Counted from the first letter of the stretch, positions 46,840-57,269 are shown. The stretch: DNA of 64,000 nucleotides from Candidatus Parcubacteria bacterium (GCA_026395685.1 JAPLYG010000006.1:4943-68942); one strand, 5' to 3'. Notes: generated by a model from the letters alone, not told the origin. Numbers and translations: made by a program.

Positions 46840-48228
46840 TTACCGGGTCTGAATAGGTTTAGGTGCCGGGGGAACAAATCCAGCAGGCACACAGGTATAA
46901 AGCCACATACTTTTAGAAATGCATTCATCACTGCTACCTGCGCCTTCGCCGATTTTGCCCTGTCCGCACATATTTAAATTATTAGTCAGGCACTTTAGTC
47001 CGCCTTGGCAGTCGTCATTATTATTACATTTTGTGGCAATTGTTCCTGGCTGGCAGCGATTAGCTATAGGGGAAAAATCATCAAAAGCGCATTTCGGCGC
47101 TGAAACTCCTGCATAGCTGACTCCTACGCAATCGGCATCACTGTCACAATCACACCAACCACCCACCTTCATTTGCTCAAAATTTTCCGGTACGCAAGTT
47201 TTTGATGTTCCAGAGGAAAGGTTAACAGAACCAGTTGCGTGTGTGCAATGATTTGTTGCCCAGCATGCATCTTCATTATTCTCGCAGTAACGTTGCTGAT
47301 ACTCTCCTAAGCATTTATAGCCTGTAGGGCATTCTGCATCATCATTGCATGGAGAAAAAGGCTTGCCATCAGGCACGCAGTTATTGCCCCAATCAGTCTG
47401 GCAATGGAAGCCCACGGCGCAATCAGTGTCATCCCCTCCGCAGGGTGTGCCTAAATAGCCATAAGAACAGTGATTAAGCCAATTTCTTTGGCAGAATAAG
47501 GGGGATTGGCAGTCTGTATTGTTATCACAAGGGGCGCCTAACCCGCCTTTAAGTTGTAGATTTTTTATACATTTTCCTCCGGAGCATAAGCCATCACAGC
47601 ATTCTCTGTGATCCGTACAAACAGCATTTTCCGGCTTACAGCTGCCACAGTCCCAGAGCGAAGTAAGGGCATCATAAGTGCAGACTGTTCCGGTTACGGT
47701 ACATAACTTGCCGATACATTGATTACCGTCACCATCAGTATAAGGATCTCCGCAGTTTTTTGTTTGATCTTCCAAGCATTTATTTTGATTTTCCTGCCTT
47801 GCCGAATCATCTTCTGCTATTACCAATTCCGGTAAGCCGGGCATGGGCGCGCATTTTAGAGTAATGTTCCAGTCAAAACGATCTTTTTCAGTCAGGCTAT
47901 TAACCACAAAAGCGACAATGATATAGGCTAAAAAGGTGATCAGCAGTCCGATTATAGAATTAATCAGAATTTTTTTGCCCGTGTCTATTTTTCCGCTTTC
48001 ACCACCGGAAGTCAGCAAAATAAAACCGCCATAAACAAACATCAGCATAACTAAACTGCCGACAATGCCCATGAGGATGGTGCCGATCTTTAAAAAAGTA
48101 TTGACTATATCGCACAGGCTGCAGATGCCGGAAGAAGCGCAGGCCGGCAGAATAGATTCAACTGCGCTGGCCGGTAGAGCAACTGCAAGGGCGCATAAAA
48201 TAATCAAGCCCAATAAGATTTTTTTCAT
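46840..48228 (-). CDS. Pilin with a long Cys-rich C-terminal extension
   Basis: YGGFILLTSGGESGKIDTGK pilin core followed by repeated CxxxxDC modules. Confidence 0.75.
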   Translation of the reverse strand: MKKILLGLIILCALAVALPASAVESILPACASSGICSLCDIVNTFLKIGTILMGIVGSLVMLMFVYGGFILLTSGGESGKIDTGKKILINSIIGLLITFLAYIIVAFVVNSLTEKDRFDWNITLKCAPMPGLPELVIAEDDSARQENQNKCLEDQTKNCGDPYTDGDGNQCIGKLCTVTGTVCTYDALTSLWDCGSCKPENAVCTDHRECCDGLCSGGKCIKNLQLKGGLGAPCDNNTDCQSPLFCQRNWLNHCSYGYLGTPCGGDDTDCAVGFHCQTDWGNNCVPDGKPFSPCNDDAECPTGYKCLGEYQQRYCENNEDACWATNHCTHATGSVNLSSGTSKTCVPENFEQMKVGGWCDCDSDADCVGVSYAGVSAPKCAFDDFSPIANRCQPGTIATKCNNNDDCQGGLKCLTNNLNMCGQGKIGEGAGSSDECISKSMWLYTCVPAGFVPPAPKPIQTR

Positions 48229-48288
48229 ATAGTATATGGCTAAGTATTTTCCGCTTATGCGGATTTTTATTTTTAGGTAAGTAATTTG

Positions 48289-49677
48289 TTATTCAGCCAA
48301 AGAACCGTTGATCTGGCTGGTTGCATCAGCCAGCAGCTCTTTTGTTTCTTTAGTGCCGGCCAGATTATTTTTTATCAGATTTTTCAGGGCTTGTTCCGCT
48401 ATTTCAGGATGAGCTCCCTTATACCAGCTTTTGGCAGTTAAAGTTTGCTTGCCAAACGCGGAGAAGTATAAGTCATCTTCAAAAACATTTAACAGCGATC
48501 TTAAAGCTGCCGGCTTTTTGGCGTCAGCTGTTGTCAGATATTTTTTATTGGCTTCTTCATTGGTAGCCATGAATAATATAATATCCCAGGCAACATCTTT
48601 GTATTTTGATTTTTTAGATACCCCCTCAGCCCAATAATTAGCAAAATTTACCGGCCGGTCTGTCAGCTGAGGCACCGGCGCAATGTCAAATTTTAAACCC
48701 TGATATTGGGTTTTTATTAAATTAAATTCATAGGCATAGCCCAGATAAAAGGCGATGGTACCATTGCCAAAGGCTTCGAGCGCATTGGGCATATCCGCAT
48801 CCCAGATAAAGTTTTCATTGCTGGGCGAGGCAAAACTATTATAAAAATTAAGGGCATTGGCCGCAATCAGTTCTTTGCCGGTTACAGTCGAGGGATTAGC
48901 ATTCAGATATGTGCGGCCGTTAGTATAAGCGATGGGATGGCCGGACTGGTAAAAAAGTAAAGATAAAATGTCAGTTGCTCGGCTGATATTATTGCTTGTT
49001 CCCAGGGCTCCGCCGGATTGGACAATTTCTCCCTTGTCATTTTGCTTGGTCATGCTGATAGCGTCTTGCTTAAAAGTCTCCCAGTCTGCAGGCGGTGTCT
49101 GTATGCCGGCATTATTCAGTAAATCACGGTTATAATATAAAACCAGGGTGTCGATGCTCAAAGGCAAACCGTAAATTTTATTATTTATTACCTGATTATC
49201 AGTGACAACATCGGGGAAAAGAGTTTTTAAATCATTGAGCGAAAGTGTATTCTTGATATTTGCTTTAGTATAGATTTGTTTTTTAAAAGTGCCTGACTCG
49301 AAGGCAGATTGCGTGGTAATTTGTTCCGGCAACGGAGAAAGGTAATCAATAAATTGTTTCATGGCTGTGGTATGGACTGAAAAAATATCAGGGCCGTTGT
49401 CTTTGGCAAAACTGGTGATCAGCGCCTGATTGTATTGCGCTGCGGTTTCCTGGCGATATTTTATCTGCACATGGGGATTTTTTTTGCTGTATTCTTGCAG
49501 CAGAACTTTGGTGGCAGAATTATCATTCCAGGATACAGACCAGTAATTAATAGTAATCGGATCCGGTGATCCTTCCTTAATTGCTCCATTGGGCAAGCCT
49601 CCGCACTTGGCGCCGCTGGTAATTAAAAAAGCAAAGAGTAAGAGAACGATAGTAATTTTTTTGTTTGGGTTTTTCAT
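48289..49677 (-). CDS. Extracellular solute-binding lipoprotein (sugar-binding family 1-like)
   Basis: GPDIF, IYGLPLSIDTLVLYYNRDL, PPADWE. Confidence 0.85.
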   Translation of the reverse strand: MKNPNKKITIVLLLFAFLITSGAKCGGLPNGAIKEGSPDPITINYWSVSWNDNSATKVLLQEYSKKNPHVQIKYRQETAAQYNQALITSFAKDNGPDIFSVHTTAMKQFIDYLSPLPEQITTQSAFESGTFKKQIYTKANIKNTLSLNDLKTLFPDVVTDNQVINNKIYGLPLSIDTLVLYYNRDLLNNAGIQTPPADWETFKQDAISMTKQNDKGEIVQSGGALGTSNNISRATDILSLLFYQSGHPIAYTNGRTYLNANPSTVTGKELIAANALNFYNSFASPSNENFIWDADMPNALEAFGNGTIAFYLGYAYEFNLIKTQYQGLKFDIAPVPQLTDRPVNFANYWAEGVSKKSKYKDVAWDIILFMATNEEANKKYLTTADAKKPAALRSLLNVFEDDLYFSAFGKQTLTAKSWYKGAHPEIAEQALKNLIKNNLAGTKETKELLADATSQINGSLAE

Positions 49678-49688
49678 AGTTTTACAAT

Positions 49689-50177
49689 AAGTCTAAAGTT
49701 TAAAGTCTAAAGACTAAATCAAGTCTAAAGTATTAAGTCTAAAATTTTTATTATTTAGACTTTTCTTTGTTCTCGATTGTTAATATAGATTTAGAAAATA
49801 TTAAAGTTAATTCGTGAGCTTCTTGCCGGAGCTTTTGGCAATCCTCTTTGATCTCCGGATTTGCTTTTGAAATCAAGTCTAACCAATATTTTGATTCTTT
49901 CGCCTCCTTTTTGCAAATATAAAGTTTATTTTTAAAATCTCGCCGTGAACAAGCTCCATTTGCCTCGCAATAATTGGCACCTATACTCGTAACAGCCCTA
50001 ATTAGCTGGCTTATTAGAGGTAAATTTATTATCGTTTTAGGAATTTTTTTAGCGAATACTATTATATCATCACTGAATTTTTTAGTTCTTTCTTCTAGGT
50101 TGTTAGTTGCCATTTATTTAAATTAATCTTCCAAAATTTAGCCTTTAGCTCTTAGCCTTTAGACTTTAGGATTTAGC
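49689..50177 (-). mobile_element. Second four-helix-bundle element with the same TAAAG(T/G)C inverted arms
   Basis: aagtctaaagtttaaagtctaaagactaaa (49689-) and tttagcctttagctcttagcctttagactttag (50137-). Confidence 0.6.
49751..50113 (-). CDS. Four helix bundle protein (close paralog of 34583..34945)
   Basis: NNLEERTKKFS...QLIRAVTSIGANYCEANGACS.RDFKNKLYICKKEAKESKYWLDLISKA. Confidence 0.92.
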   Translation of the reverse strand: MATNNLEERTKKFSDDIIVFAKKIPKTIINLPLISQLIRAVTSIGANYCEANGACSRRDFKNKLYICKKEAKESKYWLDLISKANPEIKEDCQKLRQEAHELTLIFSKSILTIENKEKSK

Positions 50178-50178
50178 T

Positions 50179-51045
50179 CTAAATTTTTGTATTAAGGTAG
50201 GCCTTGAAGTCTTTACCTAAATCCGCACGTTCTAAGGCGAAGTCAACATTGGCCTTGAGCCAGCCAAGTTTAGAGCCTGTATCATAGTATTTGCCTTCAA
50301 CTAAGCAGGCGTAGATCGGACGTTTTTTTGACAGATTAAAAATGGCATCCACCAGCCAGAGTTCATTGCCTTGGCCGATTTTTGTTTTTTCCAGGATTTC
50401 AAAAATATCAGGAGTCAGCACATAAGCGCCGATTGTGCCGATCAGGCTGGGCGCTTTTTCCGGGCCGGGCTTTTCCATTATTTTTTTTATTTGGTAAACT
50501 TTGGGATCAACCTTAATGCCGTCAATTACCCCGTATTTTTTAGTGCCTTCTTTATCAATGCTAATTGCCGATAAAATAGGATCCTGATATTTATTATAAA
50601 TATCAATCAGTTGCTTTAGGCGCGGTTTGCCCTTATTAACAAAAAGATCATCGCCCCAGATAACGGCAAATGGTTCGTCCCCGATTATTTTTTTGGCATT
50701 TAAAACAGGAGTGCCGTTGCCATAAGGTCCTTTTTGGCGGATATAAATAAAGTTCGCCATATCCGCAATATTTTTTATTTCTTCTCTGAGCTCATCTTTG
50801 CCCTGTTTTTTTAGCCAGGTCTGCAGTTCGTAATTATAATCAAAGTGATCTTCAATCGCTCTCTTGGATGCGCCGGTAACTAAAATAATATCTTCAATGC
50901 CTGAGGCGACTGCTTCTTCCACAATATATTGAATCACTGGTTTATCAATAATCGGCAGCATTTCTTTGGGCATGGCTTTGGTAGCGGGTAAGAAACGCGT
51001 GCCAAAACCGGCAACAGGAATAATGCATTTTTTGATGGTGGACAT
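50179..51045 (-). CDS. galU: UTP-glucose-1-phosphate uridylyltransferase
   Basis: IPVAGFGTRFLPATKAMPKEMLPIIDKP. Confidence 0.95.
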   Translation of the reverse strand: MSTIKKCIIPVAGFGTRFLPATKAMPKEMLPIIDKPVIQYIVEEAVASGIEDIILVTGASKRAIEDHFDYNYELQTWLKKQGKDELREEIKNIADMANFIYIRQKGPYGNGTPVLNAKKIIGDEPFAVIWGDDLFVNKGKPRLKQLIDIYNKYQDPILSAISIDKEGTKKYGVIDGIKVDPKVYQIKKIMEKPGPEKAPSLIGTIGAYVLTPDIFEILEKTKIGQGNELWLVDAIFNLSKKRPIYACLVEGKYYDTGSKLGWLKANVDFALERADLGKDFKAYLNTKI

Positions 51046-51301
51046 AGGTAGCACGAATTAACACGAATTTTTACTAATTCATGTCTAAAATTACATTTAA
51101 ATTATACCACAGAACTGCTTTAAATTGAACAAAATGAGAGGGGGATAAAAATGTTCTTTTGTCTGTTCATTGTCATCCCGGGGGTTTAAGGATCTGTAAG
51201 GTTCTTTTCTCAAGATACAGCTATGACGATAAAAATAGTTATTCTCTTAATTTCAAATAAAAAAATGCCCGCTCAGTGTTGAACGGGCAAGGATCGCGGG
51301 A

Positions 51302-52072
51302 TCAGTCGGCTTTAACCGGGATTTTTTTCAGGTCAGCCGAGAGCATCCTGGCCAAAAGCTGCATGTCAGCCAGGGAAAGCTCATTATTGTGGATTCTCCG
51401 AAAAATGAAGGCGTCCAGTTTTCGGTAGTGATGGTAAGTGCCGTCGGGCTTGTAGTCGATGAATTTCCATGTCTCAGTGCAGCGACCTTCGCTATCCCGA
51501 TCGGGGATCAGGCCGCAAGAATCAGAGGGCGTGGCCTTGAGTCGCTGGTAATAGGCCAGTTCTTTTTTGTAGTCATAATGCCGGAGCAGATCAACTGCAT
51601 AGTCAACGATTTCCCTCCAGACCAGCTGCTCTTCTTTAGGCAAGGCCAGGAAAGCCTTATTGAAATAGGCACTTGCCCAGGGATAGGCGATCTGGCGGTA
51701 TTTTGCCGTATGAATTGTCTCGAAAACGGCTTTTTTCAGCTTGGGATTCGGGCAGTTTTCGAGGCTGGTCCGCGGAGAACAACATAAGTCTTCGGGCACA
51801 CCCTCCCAGAGATTGCCGGAATAGAGTAGTCCCATAACCAGGACTGCCTTTTTCCTATCGTTCACTTGGGAATAGAAATGGTAGCCCTCCTTGGACTTCG
51901 AGTAGAAAGAGTCCAGCGCCAGTTTGAGGACCTTTTCCCAGTTGCCGTCTCCAATGGACGGAATTCCTTTGGGCACCGGGGAAATGTTCCAGTCGGGCGC
52001 TGCTTGCGTCAGGCCCATCAGCAGGATGAAGCAGGCGAAGGCGAACACGGCAGTCAGGACTTTCTTTCTCAT
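51302..52072 (-). CDS. GC-rich secreted orphan protein
   Basis: GAGGAG SD before the ATG at 52072; signal peptide; terminator at ~51258-51290. Confidence 0.65.
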   Translation of the reverse strand: MRKKVLTAVFAFACFILLMGLTQAAPDWNISPVPKGIPSIGDGNWEKVLKLALDSFYSKSKEGYHFYSQVNDRKKAVLVMGLLYSGNLWEGVPEDLCCSPRTSLENCPNPKLKKAVFETIHTAKYRQIAYPWASAYFNKAFLALPKEEQLVWREIVDYAVDLLRHYDYKKELAYYQRLKATPSDSCGLIPDRDSEGRCTETWKFIDYKPDGTYHHYRKLDAFIFRRIHNNELSLADMQLLARMLSADLKKIPVKAD

Positions 52073-52234
52073 CAGCTTTCTCCTCTTGGTTGAAGGTGGT
52101 GTTGTTAGCCTAAATTTTCGCGATTTGTAATACGCCAATACACTTACCTACTAATATATTAAGTTAGTATAAAAATTTAAATTTGTCAAGTAATAAAAAA
52201 GCCCCGTGGTGCGGGGCGTGGCAGGATCCTATTT

Positions 52235-52420
52235 TTAGGTAATTGTGTAACCAATCTTCCTCAGATTGTTAATAATTACTTCTTCATCATGGAGCACGAA
52301 GGTTAACTTGCCCCCAATTTTTATCCAGCTGCCGAAAGGTGAATTTCGGGCATTTTGGCGATTTTTACCTGTTTGCCTTTTTTTTAGAGCACCAGGCCCA
52401 TTAGCAGGTTTTTTGGCCAT
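52235..52420 (-). CDS. Small hypothetical protein
   Basis: AAGGAG SD; downstream gccccg hairpin plus T-run. Confidence 0.5.
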   Translation of the reverse strand: MAKKPANGPGALKKRQTGKNRQNARNSPFGSWIKIGGKLTFVLHDEEVIINNLRKIGYTIT

Positions 52421-52451
52421 GTTTTTCTCCTTGGTTTAACCCTAGGTTTGG

Positions 52452-53882
52452 TTACTCGGATTTACCTCTTAACCTCAAAATTTCAACTATGAGCATCTTA
52501 TCAATTCCCTTGAAAAAGTAAAGGGCAATCAAGTAAACGGCTGAAGCCAGAATTAATTGGAGAATCACATTTTGTCCTGATAATAAATAGAGCAAACCGG
52601 ACATAACCAAACAGGCGCCAAGTATTTTGAGAGTAATTTTAAAAGACGGCACGAATTTTATTACTTTGGTTGAGATGACAAAATTAGAGATCAAAATAAT
52701 AAATTCGGAAATAACAGTAAAGATAGCGGCGCCAAAAAAGCCGTAAGCAGGGATGGTGAGCAAATAGCCGATAACAGCAAAAATTGCCACAAAAAGATAA
52801 ACCGGGATCATTTTCTTTTGCTTATCAATAAAGATGATAGTATAGCCGTAGATTGTATTTATAAAAATAATGGCTGTGGCGACAATTAAAATCTGCAAAA
52901 TAATGCCGGAAGCGCTAAAATCAGCGCCGGCAATTAAAATCATCAGGGGTTTAGCTATAAACATAGTGCCCACAACCATGGGAATGGTAATAATTAGGAG
53001 CACGTCAAAGATTTTTTGGAATATTTCCTGAAACTTGGCGTAATTTTTTTGCACCCAGTATAAAGTCAGAATCGGATTAACAATGCCCAGGAAGACAAAA
53101 ATAAAATTAACAAGAATTTCCAAGATGCGGTAAGGTGCGCTGTATAATCCGACTTCAGCCTGGGAGCGGGTTAAAGAAAGTATCAAAGTATCAGCTTTGA
53201 AATAGACGAGATTAAAAGCAATGGATAAAGCAATGGGCCAGGTGATGCCGATAATTTTTTTCCAAATCGGCCAATCAAAAGCCGGGGAAATTTTAATATA
53301 TTTGAAAGCCGAGAAATAGCAGATGAGAAAGTTTATCAGGCTGCCGATAACAACTGCGACGACAATTGCCAGCAAGCCGTAATTTAAATAGGCAAATAAA
53401 GCAACTAAGCAAAAAAGCACCATACGGCCGGCGATTTCGCCGATAGTGACAGTCAGCATATTAAGTTCTTTTTGGTAGAGTCCGATTAAAACTTGAGTTA
53501 AGGCGGAAAAGAAAAATGACAGGGTGGCGACAGCAATACCGATTTTGACCAGATTGTCATAGGGAAAGAAAATAACAATTAGAGGAGCCAGGCCTAAAAA
53601 GATCAGGGAAGTGACAATCCTTAAAGTAAACAGATTATTAAAAACAGTTGGCTGGTCATTGCCAGGATCAGCAATTAGCCTAACCACTGTGATGGATAAG
53701 CCCAGATCAACCAGAATGGCAAAAAGTTGTAAATAAGCGGTAATGGTGGAGTATTGACCAAAGCCGACTTGTCCCAAATAGCGAGTCATAATCGCCACAG
53801 TCAGCACGCCAAACAAGGTCCCCAGGACTTTGCCTACGAATTGGATCATGGTGTTATGGGCGATTTTACGGGTAAGGGACAT
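52452..53882 (-). CDS. Wzx/MOP-family flippase
   Basis: MTRYLGQVGFGQY, DLGL, KADTLIL, VGLYSAPYRI; ~14 TM helices. Confidence 0.88.
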   Translation of the reverse strand: MSLTRKIAHNTMIQFVGKVLGTLFGVLTVAIMTRYLGQVGFGQYSTITAYLQLFAILVDLGLSITVVRLIADPGNDQPTVFNNLFTLRIVTSLIFLGLAPLIVIFFPYDNLVKIGIAVATLSFFFSALTQVLIGLYQKELNMLTVTIGEIAGRMVLFCLVALFAYLNYGLLAIVVAVVIGSLINFLICYFSAFKYIKISPAFDWPIWKKIIGITWPIALSIAFNLVYFKADTLILSLTRSQAEVGLYSAPYRILEILVNFIFVFLGIVNPILTLYWVQKNYAKFQEIFQKIFDVLLIITIPMVVGTMFIAKPLMILIAGADFSASGIILQILIVATAIIFINTIYGYTIIFIDKQKKMIPVYLFVAIFAVIGYLLTIPAYGFFGAAIFTVISEFIILISNFVISTKVIKFVPSFKITLKILGACLVMSGLLYLLSGQNVILQLILASAVYLIALYFFKGIDKMLIVEILRLRGKSE

Positions 53883-53894
53883 AGAATAGATAAA

Positions 53895-53972
53895 CCACGA
53901 AATAATTTCACGAAAGTTCACGAAAAATATAGCCGGCATTTCGTGTTTTTTAGTGGTTATGTTTTCGTAGTT
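53895..53972. repeat. Inverted CACGAAA/TTTCGTG repeat element without a gene
   Basis: ccacgaaataatttcacgaaagttcacgaaa ... tttcgtg...ttttcgtagt. Confidence 0.6.
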
Positions 53973-54216
53973 TAGATTACCAATTTATTATACCAAGGTT
54001 TATCTATTTTTAACATTTTTAGTCCCATTTAGTCCCATAGATAAATTATCTTAGTTTTAGCATGAATTATTCAAAACACCTTAAAATACGTCATTTTTGT
54101 TGAGTACAAAATTTGAACAAAACCCCCAAAATCATTGACGAAAAGCAAAAAAAGTGATATAATGGTATATAGCAAGATCAAAAAGGTTTTGGCAAAAAAT
54201 AAAAACAAAAACAAAT

Positions 54217-56058
54217 ATGAACTATTCACAAAATCTTTCCTTAGGCTGGAAAGACGGACATATTAAGAATCAGGCTATGATTAAAAGGCGGTCCTTTGGG
54301 GATTTATGCTTGAGTATTATCATAGCTTTTTTTGTTATCTTTATAGTGGGCCAGCTTTTATGCCAGATTGATTATTTAGTCCGCCTGCCATTAATTAAGA
54401 ACAAAGTATCTGTCATTAATCCTTTTCATATAAATAGTGCTTCGGCTGCTTCAAATGAAGCCCAGAAAATGATTCAGTCTCAGGCAAATATAGAAGTGGT
54501 AAAAAACTCAAAAAATGTTATTACCATCGGCTTTAAAAATTTAGGTTCCAAGACTTGGAATAAAACCGGCAGGGATAAGGTTGAAATCAAATTATTGCGC
54601 GGTTCATCTTTTATACAGCGCGGTATTTTAACAGCAAATAAAAATGCTAAAGGCCAAATCGGTTATTTTGACCTGTCAATTAATGCGGCGGATACTAAAG
54701 GAACATATACATATAATTATGCGCTGGTGCGCAATGATAAAGAAATTATCAGCGGCGGCAAATTTCAACTGAAAGTAAAGGTGGTTGATCAAACAGCTAT
54801 CGTTAAAAAAGCGCCTGCGACTAATAATACGGTTGTGCCTGCAAAGGTGGTAGCTGCAGAAGTTTCAAGTGCTCCCAAGGTTGAGACAGCCGATCAAAAT
54901 ATTAAAGTTACAGACCAGATGGCGATTGGGCGCCAGTGTCTTGATTATTCAGTTAAGCGATTTTTGTTAGATGCACAAACCCAAAAAATAATTGATCAGT
55001 GCAAGAAGATTGGGGTTGATCTGACTTCCAATATTTGGGTTGAACCAAATACAGTAGTTGTCCCTTCTACTCCGGCGCCAACACCGGAAACAATAATCCA
55101 GCCAAGTTCTACTCCGGCGCCTATACCTACCCCAACCTCTCCGCCAAGCCCGGTAGCTCAAACCAGCACAGCTTTTGACAGCACTTATGGTCCGCAAATC
55201 AGGGTAGGTTTATTTTCAACCGCAGACCCGGTATTAATAACTGCCAATGGGAATTATAAAATAATTGACCAGAATAAAAATGTTTTAGCTGCTGTTACCA
55301 GCGGCATAACGACAACTGTGACCTTTAATTTTTCCACTCGTACCTATACTTTTAGCGCCAATGGTCAGAATTTGGCCACCAGTTCTTATTTACGCCTGGA
55401 ACCGGAAACATTGGGAACCGTATTTGAGATTGCTTCTTTAAGTCAGATTCCTGACTGGAACAAAACTTTGAATTTTAATAAGTTCTTAGGAATCCTGGAA
55501 GTTCGTTACAGTCCGGCCACCAACAAGTTGTGGGTAATCAATGAATTACAATTAGAATATTATTTGAAAGGCCTGGCTGAAACATCTAATGGTTCGCCTA
55601 TTGAATATCAGAAAACTATGGTTACTGCAGCCCGTACTTATGCCATGTATCATTACAATCGTGGAACCAAACATGCGGCTGAATATTATACTATTGATGC
55701 GACTTATGATCAGGTTTATCGCGGTTATGGCTCGCAATTGAAACAAACCCAGGTTGGCGAAGCAGTGGAAGCGACCAAAGGACAAGTTGTAACCTATAAT
55801 GGTGAAGTGGTTGTTACTCCCTATTTTTCATATTCAGACGGCCGCACCCGCACCTGGACAGAAGTCTGGGGCGGTCCTGCCAAACCCTGGTGCGTGTCTG
55901 TTAAAGAGCCTGATAATTACGATAAGACCACGATGTGGGGTCATGGCGTCGGCTTATCAGCTCATGGCGCGTTGCACCTGGCGTATTACTACAATTATAC
56001 TTTTGACCAAATTTTGAAATATTACTATACTGGGATTGAGGTGAAGAAGATTTACTAA
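54217..56058 (+). CDS. SpoIID/LytB domain protein
   Basis: INELQLEYYLKGLAE, AARTYA, DQVYRGY, GHGVGLS, ILKYYYTG; promoter TTGACG(54135)-N17-TATAAT. Confidence 0.9.
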   Translation: MNYSQNLSLGWKDGHIKNQAMIKRRSFGDLCLSIIIAFFVIFIVGQLLCQIDYLVRLPLIKNKVSVINPFHINSASAASNEAQKMIQSQANIEVVKNSKNVITIGFKNLGSKTWNKTGRDKVEIKLLRGSSFIQRGILTANKNAKGQIGYFDLSINAADTKGTYTYNYALVRNDKEIISGGKFQLKVKVVDQTAIVKKAPATNNTVVPAKVVAAEVSSAPKVETADQNIKVTDQMAIGRQCLDYSVKRFLLDAQTQKIIDQCKKIGVDLTSNIWVEPNTVVVPSTPAPTPETIIQPSSTPAPIPTPTSPPSPVAQTSTAFDSTYGPQIRVGLFSTADPVLITANGNYKIIDQNKNVLAAVTSGITTTVTFNFSTRTYTFSANGQNLATSSYLRLEPETLGTVFEIASLSQIPDWNKTLNFNKFLGILEVRYSPATNKLWVINELQLEYYLKGLAETSNGSPIEYQKTMVTAARTYAMYHYNRGTKHAAEYYTIDATYDQVYRGYGSQLKQTQVGEAVEATKGQVVTYNGEVVVTPYFSYSDGRTRTWTEVWGGPAKPWCVSVKEPDNYDKTTMWGHGVGLSAHGALHLAYYYNYTFDQILKYYYTGIEVKKIY

Positions 56059-56091
56059 TATATAAATAAATTAACAAATAAATTTAAATCT

Positions 56092-56493
56092 ATGGAACGA
56101 GGACCAAAAATGGGAGGAGAACTACCTGAAAATAGCTCCGAGTTAGAGACTCTCGAGATAAAAGAATTGCAAAAGAAAGCTGATTCTCTGATGGAGGAAT
56201 TGCCGAATCTCGACTTTACTGATTCAAAGGTAGTGTTGGATTGGCTTAATGAATTTCAAGCTCCAAGCAACAATCGCAGGATAAAAAAAGATATAAAAAC
56301 AGTGCTCAGTATTTTTAAGGAACATAATTATAAGCTAGGAACCTATACCAATCAGGTAGATAATCATGAAGATCGCGATAATGTCGCTAGGTTTCTCATT
56401 GGTCAGGCGCTTCTGATGTTAAAAGATGAAGGATATATACCATCTGTAATACATAGAGAAACAAAAAACTGGGAAAGAAAATTTAAGACTTAA
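56092..56493 (+). CDS. Hypothetical protein
   Basis: 133-aa ORF followed by a terminator-like hairpin. Confidence 0.55.
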   Translation: MERGPKMGGELPENSSELETLEIKELQKKADSLMEELPNLDFTDSKVVLDWLNEFQAPSNNRRIKKDIKTVLSIFKEHNYKLGTYTNQVDNHEDRDNVARFLIGQALLMLKDEGYIPSVIHRETKNWERKFKT

Positions 56494-56617
56494 TTATCTA
56501 ATTTTTAATAATATAAAAAAATAGCCTCTAAATTGCAGAGGCTCTTTTTGTTTATTATAGGGATTATTTGGCTTTATATTATTTTTTATCCGTGTAATTC
56601 GTGACTAAGATCCGCCT

Positions 56618-56665
56618 GCCCGCCGAAGCCCCCTGAAGCTTTAGCGGAGGATGGGCGTAGGCGGG
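56618..56665. repeat. Nested short palindromic repeat (CCCGCCGAAGC...GCGTAGGCGGG with a second unit inside)
   Basis: cccgccgaagc cccctgaagctttagcggagga tgggcgtaggcggg. Confidence 0.6.
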
Positions 56666-56677
56666 TAGTTCAGTTAC

Positions 56678-57259
56678 CTATTCTGCTTCCGTTTTATTAT
56701 CTTTAATGGTTTCAAATAGCCTGTTATCAAATTCAGCTTCATGTTTATGAATCAAATTATTCAATACCCTGACAACTTCGAAAGGATTATCGATTTGGCG
56801 AAAAATAAATCTCTGAATTTCACCGGCTGTCTGGACATGGACATCGCCATAGGAAAAAAATGTCTGGAAAATTCCTTTTTGCAGGGCGGAAACATCCTGG
56901 ACTCGTTCCAACGTGTGTTCTGCGATTTCGCGATTAAAAAGTCCTCGCTGTTCTATATTGATAATGCGCCTATCGGTCACAATCCAGACATCAAGGTAAT
57001 AATCAATAAAAGCGTTAAGAAAAAATAAGGCAATGAAGAGATAAAGACTGCAGGCTAATAAGAGTAAAACCGGGTAGCCTAACGGATGAGTTAAAACATC
57101 AGGATAATTAATACTGATGAAATAGTAAAAAAACGGAGGAATTAGGCCTAAAAATAAATAAACTGCCCAGCGGCTGAAAATAATAATCGGATGGCGCCTT
57201 AAAAATAAAACCAAGTTTTCATCTTTTTGCCTGTTAGGTATTTGTTTTTCGATTAGCAT
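56678..57259 (-). CDS. Bacterial PH-domain membrane protein
   Basis: LRRHP, DVWIVTDRRII, VQDV, YGDVHVQTAG. Confidence 0.85.
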   Translation of the reverse strand: MLIEKQIPNRQKDENLVLFLRRHPIIIFSRWAVYLFLGLIPPFFYYFISINYPDVLTHPLGYPVLLLLACSLYLFIALFFLNAFIDYYLDVWIVTDRRIINIEQRGLFNREIAEHTLERVQDVSALQKGIFQTFFSYGDVHVQTAGEIQRFIFRQIDNPFEVVRVLNNLIHKHEAEFDNRLFETIKDNKTEAE

Positions 57260-57269
57260 AAATAAAAAA

